A stretch of DNA of 62,422 nucleotides, the filler included, from Rhabdomonas costata (taxonomy: Eukaryota): NCBI GenBank assembly GCA_019059605.1. It is 32 parts of 32 records of this genome, joined end to end, with 100 filler letters (N's around TTAATTAATTAA, not from the genome) between each part and the next. Parts side by side here need not be neighbours in the genome. Positions count along the whole stretch, not along the records: positions 21,505 to 23,358 come from JAHMHO010008170.1; positions 23,459 to 25,312 come from JAHMHO010008171.1; positions 25,413 to 27,266 come from JAHMHO010008172.1; positions 27,367 to 29,220 come from JAHMHO010008173.1; positions 29,321 to 31,174 come from JAHMHO010008174.1; positions 31,275 to 33,128 come from JAHMHO010008175.1; positions 33,229 to 35,080 come from JAHMHO010008176.1; positions 35,181 to 37,034 come from JAHMHO010008177.1; 24 more parts are not named here. One strand, written 5' to 3'. This document shows positions 22,651 to 35,489 of the stretch, piece by piece. Each line of letters begins with the position of its first letter. Position 1 is the first letter of the stretch. The notes under the pieces were generated by a model. The model did not search any database. It saw nothing but the letters and a program-made list of their open reading frames with translations, and was not told the origin of the DNA. The position numbers and the translations under genes are program-made.

Positions 22651-25639
22651 TGCCACCCAAAATGCCCTTTCTTCTTACTTCATTGGAAACAACAAGCCGC
22701 AACAAACAGTGATTGTCTTTCTTCTTTTCCTTATCCTTAACATGAAGAGTACCTAAACAGAAAATAATCAGAAAAAACAAACAATGAGCCCAGTAACACC
22801 CCAAATTCGAGAATTTAGTAGAGGTGTTTTTGGCTTAAATTTCTGTGGTTGGTCCAATTTCTGTGGTTGGTCCTTCGCAGCATTCTGCGATGTGCTGTGA
22901 TGGAAAACTCTCAGTCAACGGATTATCCTGGTATATCACTGCTCTAAGAACACTTTTGAGAAAAAGAAGAATCTAATACAAAATCCACACTGCTGCCACG
23001 ATGTCCAGTTGAACAAACAACATCCGTTTCGCGCGGTGATGGACACCCCTGTCTCTCAGCTGGCCAAAATGTCAAGGGTGCTAAGGATACCACGGACGCG
23101 AACGAAGCAAGATGCAGTGAAGATCGTCATTTGACCAAAACAATTTGACACAACCAGATAATGGCAGGTCCTTAACTGTTTCATTAAATTTCAAAAACCA
23201 GTCCTGAGTGGTGCAAGAGACAAGAGCTTCGACACAGAGCAGCACGTTTGCTTCCGGGTTCCGGAGGTTGGGGAAGGAGGAGGGTGCGCAAAGATTTTAT
23301 GACAATAGAATACCTACGGAGCGCCCCTAAAAGTGCATTGCTTCCCACCAATACACAANNNNNNNNNNNNNNNNNNNNNNNNNNNNNNNNNNNNNNNNNN
23401 NNTTAATTAATTAANNNNNNNNNNNNNNNNNNNNNNNNNNNNNNNNNNNNNNNNNNNNGGGGGTTGTGTCCTGAAGGTTCCCGCAGAGGTTGACGCAAGA
23501 TCAGCTCGCCGGACCCCTGTCTTCCCGTTTCCATTCCTTTCTGGCGGGGAGAGGACCCAGACCTCGTCCTGGGTGCCAGCCAGGGGGTCCCCACGGGCGA
23601 CGTCGTCTATCCCTTTGCTCGCGAGCTCTCCCCTTGCCCTGCCTCTGCGCCGAGCAGCCTTGCCCAGGTTGTCGGAGCGTCAGCTGGCGGCAGTGTGCAG
23701 TGTTGTTCCATCGTAGTCGTCACTTTTCGTAGTGCCGTGTGCCCCGACTGCTCCCGTTTCTGTACAGCTCTTATCCTCTTTCTGCCCCTTGTCTTCACTC
23801 ACGCATCGGCCTAACCTATCCTGCGATCCGATTTGCGATCTGCTTTCTTCAGGGTGCTTTGCGTTCCCTCCCAGCACTGATGCTCCTTATTCCGCGCGGC
23901 TGCGTTTCAAGGCTGCCTCGTATGTACCCTTATTTTGGGATGTACTATGTTCGAGTCTTGTGACGCAACAGTAATTGTGATAACATTGAGGTCAGTGTAC
24001 ACTTCTTCTGGACGTGCGCTTTTATGCACAACATTTGGTTGACGATGAAGTATGAGGGCGTATGCGGGCAAGAAGCGAAATGCGCTTGAGTGCGTGCATG
24101 ACCCCCTCAGCCTTCATTTTGATCCCGACTCTGCAGGTTCGGGATTCCCAGGAGGGGTGGGAATGCATGGCACTTCCCCCCTCCTGCCAGCGACTGCACT
24201 CGATTACGCTTTTGCTTTCTGGTTGTATTCCTTCTGCTCGTACCAAAATAGGCAACGAGGAAGGATGACCGTGGAGCTGGGTTTTCTTGTTCCATTTTCT
24301 GCTGTTCTGAAACTTCTCAAGGTCTCCTTGTCTCAGTTCCCCTGTTGATGGTGCCTCAGCTGTTGTAACTCCAGCAAAACTGTGGAATGATGTCAAGTGG
24401 CTTTCAGTCAGCATCGGGTTTGCTGTGCCTTTCGACGGAGACGGAGACGGAGACGTACCAGCTTTAAGGTGCTTGGGTCTGGTCTCGCAAGGGGTTTCAG
24501 GCGTTCTCCGTCCCGTCTGTCCCCCAAGGGTCTTTCGCCGGGTTGGAGGGTGGAGGGGGTGAGCGCTGTAGTTTTGCCGTCATGCTCAACCCTTACCTCA
24601 CCGCGTACGGTAAGTTTCATCCCGAAATTTATTGAATTACGAGCTTCCGTGAAGGTCCTGAAACATTATAAAATGCCGCTATGCTGGCACGTATGGCGAA
24701 ATGGGGAAAGGCAGCAAGCATTGTCGCTCAGAAAACTCAGCCCAACAGCCCTTTCTCAGTTAAAAAAGTAAAAAAAAAAGACTCTCTGAAAAAAAATGTC
24801 GCCTGAAGTTGTTTGGAACGGTTTGTGTGGGGCCTTGCTAACAGAGTGGTCTATAACCCCGCAAACTGAACAACAGAGAGAGCCTGGTACTGGTTTGCAC
24901 ACACACGTCGTGTCTTTTGCTGCTCTGGTTTGCTCTGGTTTTAGTTGCACCCTGTATCTTCTTTCCAATTTTTCCCCTTGGCCTCCTCCGAAAATAATGT
25001 TAAATGATCCGGATGATCCGCTTCAGTCTGCGGTGGAAAACTCAGCGCCCGAGTCCGCAAGCCCAAGGAAAGTTCTCTCACCAGTGAGAGTCTTGCACCG
25101 CAAAATCTCTCCGTATGCCCTGCTCTCCGTCTCTCGGCTGGTCGCTGACCGCAAACCCGCGGAGATATTTCACAGCCTGCAAGTAATCACGTGGTACCTT
25201 CGATTCTTCCGCTGCCACCCCACGTGGAAACTAGGCCACCAGCTCCGGCTGCACTTCCGGTCGGCTTGGTGCATCGCGAGGGCCTACGTGCGGTTCGCGA
25301 CGAGGCGAGCCGNNNNNNNNNNNNNNNNNNNNNNNNNNNNNNNNNNNNNNNNNNNNTTAATTAATTAANNNNNNNNNNNNNNNNNNNNNNNNNNNNNNNN
25401 NNNNNNNNNNNNGCCGCGCTGGAGCGGGGAGGGAAGGAGAGCGCCGCCCGCAAAACCACGTTCCAGGGAATGTCCAGCAGGTCGGTGACGGGAGCAGGAC
25501 CAGGCGAGACTGGGTCCCCTTGTGCAAGGCCTCCAGTGCGTCGTGAGCGTCGGCCGCCGGGGTAGAACCGTTAAAGAGGAGTCGGTCTTAGTTAGATTAC
25601 GGTTGTAGGGTTGTTCGTCCTTTCTGCCCACCAGCAGAC

Positions 25640-25732
25640 ATGAGCTGAGTTGTGTTGAATTGAGTTGAGTTGAGCTGAGTTGAACTTTGAGTAGCCCCGC
25701 CTTGAACTTTGAACAGGTCACATTGAACTTTA
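25640..25732. repeat. Degenerate (TTGAG/TTGAAC)n microsatellite
   Basis: GAGCTGAGTTGTGTTGAATTGAGTTGAGTTGAGCTGAGTTGAACTTTGA... Confidence 0.75.
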
Positions 25733-27627
25733 TGCATGTATCCCTAAGGTAGCACTTGAGGTAGAAGGGGTGTCTTTCTCCCCACTCCTGTTCTCAACCC
25801 ACCTTGCGGGCCCGCTCTCAGCGTCATCACATCACATCAACATCTCTCCAGCCACCAGGTAGGAATGGTGATGTTGTGTGGTGGCCGCTGCCCCTGGTTA
25901 CCATCCCGCTAACTCATCATCGAGTGGAGGAGCAGATGGCCTCAGGGAGTGGATGGTGAGGTGAGGATGCAGCGGCCACCCTCTGGGATGTAGCACTCTC
26001 CCTCACTCAGCCCACTGTACCATTGTACCATGCATCAAGGTGTGGTGGAGGCAGCGTTAGGGTACATCAGGTCATCGTGGCATCACTCCTTGCACCTTTT
26101 CCACCGGTGGAGTGGGAGGGTAGGGTGAGCAACAGTAGCCTTAGCCCACCGCGTACTGTCACCTCACACATAGTCGTGTCCTTCGCCACGAACTATGCGA
26201 GCGTCAGACTCTGAGAGGCTGACATCCAGTGTCGAGTGTGTACCAGTGTGTGCGGGCTCCTTCCATTTGTGGTTGACTGAGCGGAGAAGCAGTCTCTAGA
26301 GACTAGGGTGTGAATAGTGTTCATGGTAAGATCGTTTGTGTTTTTTAACACTCCCGTTGAAAACGATTGTTCCTCTGCAGGAGGGCTCCGCGGATCCCCG
26401 TGCACTGATGAAGCACTCCCGGGCGGAGCTACAAAGGATTGTCTCCACCTGCTTCACCGCGGCCGAGCTGAGCGACTTGCAAGGCAATTGTGTGCTTCAC
26501 CGTTTTTGGGAGGGGTGGTGCTTGCATGCTTTTCGTGGTCCCAGGTTGGATCTGAACGCGCGTCCAGCGTTTATCTTTTGTGGTCAAAAAGAATTTCCCT
26601 GTGTGCATGGCTGGTCGTGTGGCTTTTCACCCAATGCAAGATAATTCCTGATGTGTTGTTGTTGAATCCTGCTTTTTCTTCGTCTTCTTCCTATTCTATA
26701 TCGGGTAATAAGCGAAGCCCACGACGATTTATGCGTCCGGAAAGACTTTTTAAACCTAATTTTTGAATGTGTTGATCACTTCCTGTTATGCACAGCGAGG
26801 GCGTGCTCCCCGCTAAGGCGGTCCCGAACGATATCTGCGGAAAAACTCAGCGGCCCGGCAGCCGCCGCCACCGCAGCCACAGCGACCCCTGCAGCAGCTT
26901 CAGCCGCGGCACACTCCGGCCTTCGCAGAGTTGCAGGGTGCTCAAGGACGGGCTCTCCTGGAGCCCCAGTAGGTCGAGCTGGCCCAACGCTGGCCTCAAC
27001 TGCGGGCCCACCCGCGGATTCACTCGGGCTGCCGAGCTTCACTCGAGCTGCGGCAGCGGTGTCCTCTTCACAGAGGTACTTCCCTAATTCCCTATGATGT
27101 GGTAGCTCTAAGCGTGAGCGAGGGAGACTGGTCTGTTTTTTGTTTTTCGCTTCAAGATGGACAGTGAGCTCGAATATAAATCAGAGGGTAGTTACTCATG
27201 GCCATACTGTCATGAATTACATACGATAAGTTTGGCATAGGTCGACTAACTAAGTTGATTAAGTTANNNNNNNNNNNNNNNNNNNNNNNNNNNNNNNNNN
27301 NNNNNNNNNNTTAATTAATTAANNNNNNNNNNNNNNNNNNNNNNNNNNNNNNNNNNNNNNNNNNNNGTTTTGTGGGGGAAGGACTGTGCGTTAGGATCAA
27401 AACGAGCCCTTTGGGCATAGAGAACCAGAAAATGTCCAAATTTTTTGTGTTTTGTCATCTTCTTTACAACGCTCTTGCTCTGTAAATCCATTTTGGTTCT
27501 GAGGAATGCAAAAGAGTTTGGCTTTTCGCCCATCAACTTATCCTGACCGCTGGGAAACAAAAGTTTCCGAAGGAAGCACGATTCCAGCAAGCACGATTCT
27601 TCGACCAGAGGCCAGGCACGCACAGAC

Positions 27628-28947
27628 CTTCGCGGTGAGAGCGGTGGGAGAGCGGCACAGCGCCAGAAAGGCGGCCTCCCTCAGGCTCAGCCCCCGAGGC
27701 TCAGTGCCTTTGGGGTCATACAGCATCCCTGGCGGGGGACCCTCCTCAGGCGAGGGCTGCCGAAGAGGCTGTGGGTGTGGCTGTGGCGGCGACAGCTCCT
27801 CGTCCGCGACCCCGGCGCGGCATGGGGCGCAGTACCACTCCGAGGGAAGCGTGGCCTCCACCACACCCACGCTGAATGCACATGCACGCGGAAACAACAA
27901 ACAGAATAAACAGGCCCACAGCGTGTGTCAATGGTCGTTGGCTGGGAGGCGGCTTCCGACGTCCTGATGAGGAACGGCAATCCGTGCCCGTACGTTCGAA
28001 TTCAGGTTCTTCTGGCGCCAAGCCCCGGGGCAGCCGTCAGCGGGGGTGTTAATTGTCTGCAAACGGCAGCTGGAGGGGCAGACACAGTGTGCTACAGCGT
28101 GTGGTGTTTTCAACCTAAATATCCAAGTAGGAATGCCAAAATGAGTTCAGCGTGCTGAAAGCATGGCATGGATAAAGTGCGTGTGCAGGTTGAGGGCAAG
28201 ACTCATACCTCCTCTTTTATGTCGGTTGCCTGCTGACAGGCAGCGTATGTTAGGAGTCTGTTGATGTGGTGTGGCCCTGACGATGGCGATGAAAGCGATG
28301 GCGATAAGCTGGTCGCCTGGAGCCCTCTTCTTTCACGGGGGCGCTGCGTGTGAGCGCGTGTTTCGAGGTAGAGCAGATAGGGACGGGGAGGGATGGTCGG
28401 CACCAGGTGTCATGGAACCACGAGCGGCACCGCTCGCACATCACCATCAGCCCCCCGTAGTCCGCGGGGTCCCCACACACGCACCGCGTCTCCTCGGGCT
28501 GCGCCCGCAGGTCCACCCTCTTCCTCGCAATGCTTCTCTGTGAAGAAGACGTGCAAGTATTCTCTTGCTTTGGGGGTGTAACTGGCTGATGTGGCGTTGG
28601 AAGCCGTGGAACATCTGCTCTGCTTTTTTGTACGAACAAGGAATGTGGGTGTCCGGTCTCCGGGTCTCCGGGGCCTCTGACCTCCTGGTGTTCGCACTCA
28701 GGGGGGGGGGCACCGCACATCGTGGGTCAGAGGTGTCCACCTGGAATCGATCTGGCTCCTTTTTTCTCATAAATGGTTTTGTAATCGCAGGGCGATAATC
28801 TCAGAAGTGGGGCGGGGATTTGGTTTAGTCTCAAATTTGTTTTCCAACAGTTCAGAACACTGCACACCCGCATACACACAGGCAGACACCTCCAGCGCAT
28901 GCTGCTCCTGCAGCCACACCGGGATGGCCTCGGGACAGGCCCCTCGC
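27628..28947 (-). CDS. PHD-finger protein fragment (exons ~28947-28890, 28740-28714, 28537-28404, 27871-27628)
   Basis: Splicing yields RCVCGDPADYGGLMVMCERCRSWFHDT-C-VGVVEATLPSEWYCAPC, a C4HC3 PHD finger with the Cys codon split TG|C across an intron. All junctions are GT-AG and in phase. Confidence 0.88.
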
Positions 28948-30283
28948 CTCTCACAGCGAGGCATTCAAACAGGCTCCAAAACGGAAAAAAAAACTGTCCC
29001 AAGGGGGCAGCCCCGGAAAGACAGCCGGTCCGAGACCTCTCCTGCCTTGCCAACACCTTTCCTTACAGGACGACACGCGAACCCTCCCCACGACAGCAGA
29101 CTTTCTCCTTTAGCTCCACCGCATTGGGGAAGCAAATAAAGAGAGCATCTGTAAAGGAAAGAGAGTAGGCAGGTGAATGCTCCCTTAAGGCATTAACCCA
29201 ACTAAAATCACAAACACAACNNNNNNNNNNNNNNNNNNNNNNNNNNNNNNNNNNNNNNNNNNNNTTAATTAATTAANNNNNNNNNNNNNNNNNNNNNNNN
29301 NNNNNNNNNNNNNNNNNNNNGGGTGTTTTTCGCATTCCAAGTGAAATTAAGCACGAAAGTAGGGTGGGACGCTGAGGTGTGCGGGGTGTGTTCTCAGGAC
29401 TTTCCTCCCAAGGGTGTTGCACAAGTGGCCTTGAGCCTCTTTTGACACTCTTTCTGAGAAGTCCTGTGCTTTCCACTGCACTGGAGCGGCATCGCGGAAC
29501 TGATAACCATTCAATTACGTCAGCAAGCTCCCCGAGGAAACGTCGAAAGCGCCAAAAACGCGAAATCATCAATACACCGAACGTGGGTTGTCTGAGACGC
29601 GAGTTGCTGGACTGGGTTGTTTCATGAATGTCTTGAACACCTCCTCAGTGCTCAATGTGCTTATTTGTCCCTGCCGTTGGGGGGGGGTTACATATGGTTT
29701 CACACGATGACGTCTTCCTGTGGGCTGAACAGGCGGGTCCCCATATTATGGACCATCTATTTAAGAGGTACCTCTCCCTGTTTTTACCTGAGGGACTGAG
29801 AGCCCCCTGCCCTCCGAGTGGCTTGCCGTGGCGGGCTCTGGGCTGCGGCTCTCCTTCCCCGGCGGCGGGAGGCCGCCCGGCGAATGGGACTGAAGGTACA
29901 GGCTGCGGCGAAACAACGGACAGTCACGAACACCGCACACGCCCAGAAACCTTGGGGGAATTCCGCAAGTGGTCAAAGCCTGGTATGCCAATGATCAATG
30001 GCTTTGATCAATTACGGAGGATGAGTAGCAGGACGCACACACGTCAGATGTTAGGCAACAAATTAACGACAATGATTTGTACCGCGCATGTGTAAATGTG
30101 CATGTGTTGGGCGCGTAGCGCGCTGTTTTTTTTCTTTTTTGCTGTTGATGACCACACAATGTTGGCCACACGTACTTGAGAGCGATAACTTCTGTAACTT
30201 CTGAAGGAGCGGTGTCGTGTGTGTGTCTGTGTGGGTGGGTATGTGGGTGGATAGGGGTGCAGGATGAGGCCAGGAGTACGCAC

Positions 30284-31110
30284 TCCACGAGCTTGTCGAC
30301 ATGCTTCACCAGGAACTCGATGTTGGCGTCCACCTCCAGCGCACTCTGGAGGTGCGGGGCCACAGTGGCCTTGGCCACCGCAAACAGCACCTCCCGCAGC
30401 TCCTTCACCCGCAGAGTGAGCGTGTTCATGGTAATCTGCAGCGGCAAGGGCGGGTGCCCGTGTGTGAGCATGTGTGCGAGTAGATGTCTGATCGTGAGTG
30501 TTCAGCACTGAGGACGAAGAAATCGGCACGTGCCTGGCAAATCTCCGCGAGGAAGCCCACACACAGCTTGCGGTTCCTGCTGGTTCCCTTCTTGAGATCA
30601 ATCTGTGTCCCTGCAAAAAGAAAACGAGCGAGAAACTCAAAGCCCGACTCCGCCCCCTCTCTGAGCACCATACGACGGAGATATAGAGAGAGATGAAGGG
30701 AGTGCGTGTGGGGTGAGTGTTTCGTCAACTATGCCTCACCTCAGCTTCCCAAAGCACAGCTCTACCGGAAGCCCGGGGGTGGAGGCTGCCGCATGGGACG
30801 GGAAACTGAGTGTTTCTCACTGGGTCCACACAAACCCAATATTCACAGCAACCCTGCGAATACTGTGTCACCCCGGACATTAGGCCCGGCATCTCGGCCT
30901 ATGCTGCACGAAACTCAAAGGCCCCAATTCAAAGAAGAGCGGTTTGGACCCACCGTCCTTAGTGGGTGTCTGCACATGTGTGAGAGCGCACGTGCCTGAG
31001 GGCATGGCCGCAGTGATTGCGAAGTACAGCACAGCCGCGGCGCACGCGGCGGGCGCCCGGCCCACCACGAAAGAGGAGATCTTCTGCACCGCGACCAGCA
31101 GTATCTCCGC
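30284..31110 (-). CDS. TFIIB-related factor (BRF2-like), second cyclin repeat and C-terminal region (exons 31110-30996, 30610-30534, 30435-30284)
   Basis: Spliced product AEILLVAVQKISSFVVGRAPAACAAAVLYFA...LAEICQITMNTLTLRVKELREVLFAVAK...NIEFLVKHVDKLV. It has the TFIIB/BRF 'GRxPxxxAAAxxY' and 'TLxxRxxEL' motifs, followed by a BRF2-like helical tail. Confidence 0.68.
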
Positions 31111-31399
31111 CTACACACACACACACCTCCAATACTGCACGGATGCTTCGGAGAAATTTTTCGGACAACAACCANNNNNNNNNNNNNNNNNNNNNNNNNN
31201 NNNNNNNNNNNNNNNNNNTTAATTAATTAANNNNNNNNNNNNNNNNNNNNNNNNNNNNNNNNNNNNNNNNNNNNGGGGTTTGGTATAGTTGCTAGTCACA
31301 GCTAAACAAGTGGAATGCGGCATTGAACCGGAAGATTAAGACTTTTCAGATGAGGAGCTGCCATAATGAGATAGTGTGGAAGCCAATGGCGAGAGCAGA

Positions 31400-32450
31400 G
31401 GATCCGGTATCCATCATAAGTGGAGTTTCTGGTTTGCGCAGAGACGGATTACGAGAAATGCATGAAGTTGATATCCACAAAGAAGCTAAATCTTGTGGTA
31501 AGCGCATGGCAGCGGGTGGAAGAAAATTGAAGTATCAATTGGATGAAAGGTCGGGTAGAACACCAGCTGGATTTTTTGAGGTAATAGATGCCAACATGAA
31601 AGAGTCGTTAGCGTATTTTGAATAATGTAACAGCAAAAATAAATATGATGTAGTAATGTTAAGCAAAGTTGAAGGAATAATCCAGCTACCGAGATCTGAG
31701 CCAGAAGAAGAGTTGAATGTGGACCCAAAAATCTCCATGGCAATGTGTTATAACTTCAATATACTGACCATCAGCTTCCCAGGCACTTCAAATTAGAAAT
31801 AGGCGATTGGATATGATGCGTTTGGTTTCGTGTGGAGTCACTACGTACGTTTTTTTTTGCAAACCAGCCAGTCGTGAATCCTTATAGACCAAGCACTGGC
31901 TAAAGCATTTGTAATAAAGCTAGACTGATGATGACTACACTACCGGATGGTACCCGTTGATAAAAAATCTCACGGTTAGATGTGCAGTGGCAAGTAAGAC
32001 TGTATTTGGATAAATATGTGAAGCAGAGGCCCATACACAAGTGTAATACGTTGATTTCTCGCGTGACATAAAAAAGTGGAAGGTTTATAAGCATTTGCGA
32101 AGGCATGATATATGGGGTTTCACCAAGAAATTGAGATACATATAAACGCAAATAGATCTAATAAAGTCGAAAAGTTTTGGTAGGGGGTGAACACGATACA
32201 CTTGGAGTGTGGATCGTTAGCCTTTCGCCATAGCAGCGGAGCGCGTAACTGGAGGCTCCGCATGAATGGAAAATTTAGACATAGTGATAGTAGTAGTGAA
32301 GTTCAAGCCAACAGTTTGAAGATAGAGGAAGTCGATTCTGCTGAAGAGCATAAATAAATTCTTTTGCTCAAGAGCTCAAGGATTGATATTGCAGTGGGTA
32401 ATGCCCGTCAAGGACGTCATTGGGGATATATAAATGGGGATGATGCAAGC
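31400..32450 (-). mobile_element. Highly degenerate non-LTR (LINE-like) reverse transcriptase remnant
   Basis: AT-rich contig with no host-like exons. Minus strand reads GSTFNSSSGSDLGSWIIPSTLLNI...YSKYANDSFMLA, resembling 'SGVPQGSxLSPxLFNI...YADD' at correct spacing. Many stops. Confidence 0.45.
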
Positions 32451-34793
32451 CCGAGGAAAATAATCCTGCGCGGCAGAAAAGCTAAGCGAGAGAAGGAAAG
32501 ACTAGATAATGCAGAACACTAGGGAGAAAAATTGCAAGAACGCCCCCGCGAGGTAGTGAGAAAAATGATTGGGAAGAAAAGGCGCAAGGACAAAAAACAG
32601 GAAAATGCAAAGAGGTACGGGGATAAAGCGCCCCCAATATAAAAAAACCGATTGAAAAGACTTGTGGCCAGGCAATGGCTAAAAGAAGGCCGGGCTAAAA
32701 GGATTTCAGAAGATATGGCAAAGAAAAAGTCTTTTGAGAACAAATGCCATGCTTGAAGCGCATGGGAAGTTGGTTTTGTATTAGCGTAAAATAATGTGAT
32801 AATTGGATATCGAAGATAGCCGAATTATATGCCGCATGTTTCAAAGATATTCCAACGGACGTTAGATTAGCTGGGTATTAAAAGTGTATACCTTGTGTTT
32901 TTTGGAATCCGTATGTATAAAATACCGCTTTCGAAAAATTACCGTTGACAATCAAAAAACGCGGCAAAATGAGAGTGTGGGGGGGTAAAGGTTGAGGGTC
33001 TTTCTTTTCGCCGTTTTTTTTGGGGAACTTTTTTTGTTGATATCCGATGCTCCTTGGGGAACAACAAGGCCAAAGCCCAAGGCAGGGTGAAAACCGCCAC
33101 ACATGCCGGCCTTCACCCTTCCACGGCCNNNNNNNNNNNNNNNNNNNNNNNNNNNNNNNNNNNNNNNNNNNNTTAATTAATTAANNNNNNNNNNNNNNNN
33201 NNNNNNNNNNNNNNNNNNNNNNNNNNNNTGTGGGTTTGGAAAAAATTGCAGACCGGAAGCCCTGTGTACACAGGGCTTCCGGTCTGCAATTTTTTCCATA
33301 CGCGCAGGCTGATCTTCCATTTGCGCTTCGTCGCGCATGAAGCTCCGCCGTGATTCAAATATAGGGCTGAATCACGGGGGGTCTGAATCACAGCGGGTCA
33401 GACGAAATGTGTGCTTTGCTGGAGGTTTGGCGAGCTCGTTTCTGGTTTTCGAGTGAAGTGCGCAACACCGCTTCCGCGCGACGTTCACTGGTTTTTATGA
33501 ATAGGATGATATGACGTGGGTTATCCCTGCCTTTGGTTTGAAGGTGATGGGATTCCTCAGGGTGTGGGGGTGGAATGTTTGTATTACCTGGAAGGAACTG
33601 TGTGCGATATCCGTGATGATATTCTCTTCGTGGACTTTTTTGCCCAGCGCTATGCAAGTCCTACTCTTGGAAGGGCACGCCACAAAAAAGGGGAAGGAAT
33701 CCTTCTAGTCTTTTTAGCCTTCTTCGTCTGGGCCATTTCCTTGTGGCGGTCGCCCCTGCGCTTACTGCCCACGCCTCATCTTCAAGATAAAGACCGCTGC
33801 TGGAGTTGAGAATGCACCACATCTTGCTTCTTGTCCGAATTTCGATGCGTAGTTTTTCGTTCTGCTCACCAACCAGATTTGACCGCATTGTTGTTTTTCT
33901 CGGGTGGGGGTGGGATCGGGAAAGTCGATCTCCCGGCTCAAAGCAAAGGGAATATACACTCGCGCATGCACACCTTCGCTGTGCAGTCTCCTTGGAGAAC
34001 CTCTCGTGCCGGGCTCGGCGTTGCATACGCTTTCGAGTAGGGCACATAGAGTGCGTGCTATCCTGTCCTTGATACGTTTTGACCTCCTGCTATATGCGCT
34101 TCCTGCTCCCTTTTGCGTTTTACCATTTCTGATTGCTAGCCTGCCACGTAGCGACACTCCAGACAAAATTACCATCCGACCACAACCAAAGTCCAAGCGG
34201 CAACATCGTGTTTATATCTAAAACCATGTTGGGACTATTTTTATGGGACAGCGGGTGGACCTCTCTGTCCCTCCCTGTCTGGGGAACTCAGGCCCTGATA
34301 GCGCTGGATGGTGTTGATGGCTTTGGATAGATGAGGGAACAGCACGAGGTGTGCCGATCAACCCACCGCGACTTGTTCTCTTGCTCTGGTGCAGTGCCAA
34401 AAATTCAATAAAAGCCGTTGTTGTGCCACCTGTGGCTTTCTGGACCTTCCAGATTTGATGGGCTCTCGGGCGATACTTACCACCAGGAAAGCCACTACGA
34501 GTAGGTGTTTTGAGTCCTGCCTTCGTGCAGTGGTGTCGCCCCTCTGCCGATCCCGAGGTAGCCATGGGCTCCAGGTGCAATGACATTTTTGATGGGTCCT
34601 TGACTGAAGGACGCACAGCCAAAAACACCGCCGCACCCACACAAACACCATACTTCTGGTTTGGAGTCGATTGCGGTAGTGGTGATGCACCGTGGCGCGC
34701 TAACTTGGATGGTGATTCAAAACAAAAACAAGCTCACACTTGCACCTTTGCACGTTTTTGGACGAGTACTGAATTTGGGAATGGCTTTGGCAG

Positions 34794-34947
34794 GGGGCTC
34801 CGTGCTGTTCAACAAGTTCGTTCTCGTGGCGCCGGGCGGGACCGTGGCATGGCGGTACACGAAATCCCACTTGGTTCCCTTCATTGAGGCGGACTTCACG
34901 TCAGGCACAGCGACGATTCCGGTGTACGACACAAAGAATTTTGGAAG
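34794..34947 (+). CDS. Carbon-nitrogen hydrolase (nitrilase / apolipoprotein N-acyltransferase-like) internal exon
   Basis: NKFVLVAPGGTVAWRYTKSHLVPFIEADFTSGTATIPVYDTKNFGR carries the catalytic-Lys motif YxKxHLVP. Bounded by GCAG and GT. Confidence 0.75.
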
Positions 34948-35489
34948 GTCCTCCCTCCCTCCCTCTCTGGTCTCATGATGACGCGGACCGCGTGGAAATG
35001 GACCATGACGACGGTCATGGTAACGTGCACGGCAGAGGATGATCAACAGCATCACGAAGGCCGGGAACATCACCAAACCCNNNNNNNNNNNNNNNNNNNN
35101 NNNNNNNNNNNNNNNNNNNNNNNNTTAATTAATTAANNNNNNNNNNNNNNNNNNNNNNNNNNNNNNNNNNNNNNNNNNNNTTGTGGGTGGACGAGCTGCG
35201 GAGATGACATGGATGCTTCCAGAGTCGCGCACTGATCCCAAATTGAATAAGATTTGTATCGAAACTCGATGGGAAGTTGATTGTTGGACAGATAAGTCCT
35301 GAACATATACAAAAAACATACGGTGGCAAAGGATTTGGAAAGCATATCGTCCCCTGTTAACGTCCACATCTTCATTGGACAGACTCCGTGCTGCATTTAC
35401 TTGTAAAAGCACAGAAAAAGAAAGTGCCTTCCTGCTTTTGCTTTCACCACAAAGACACTCTGGGTTTTGTATTTGTTGCCGCGTTTGAG

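Noticed and set aside
27963..28006. Hammerhead-like CTGATGAG-GAACG...CGTTC-GAAT
   Set aside because: The core needs GAAA and stems I and III with an NUH site. It has GAAT, an extra G and no convincing stems.
33238..33298. Perfect palindrome centred on GTGTACAC
   Set aside because: At the contig start, same artefact class.
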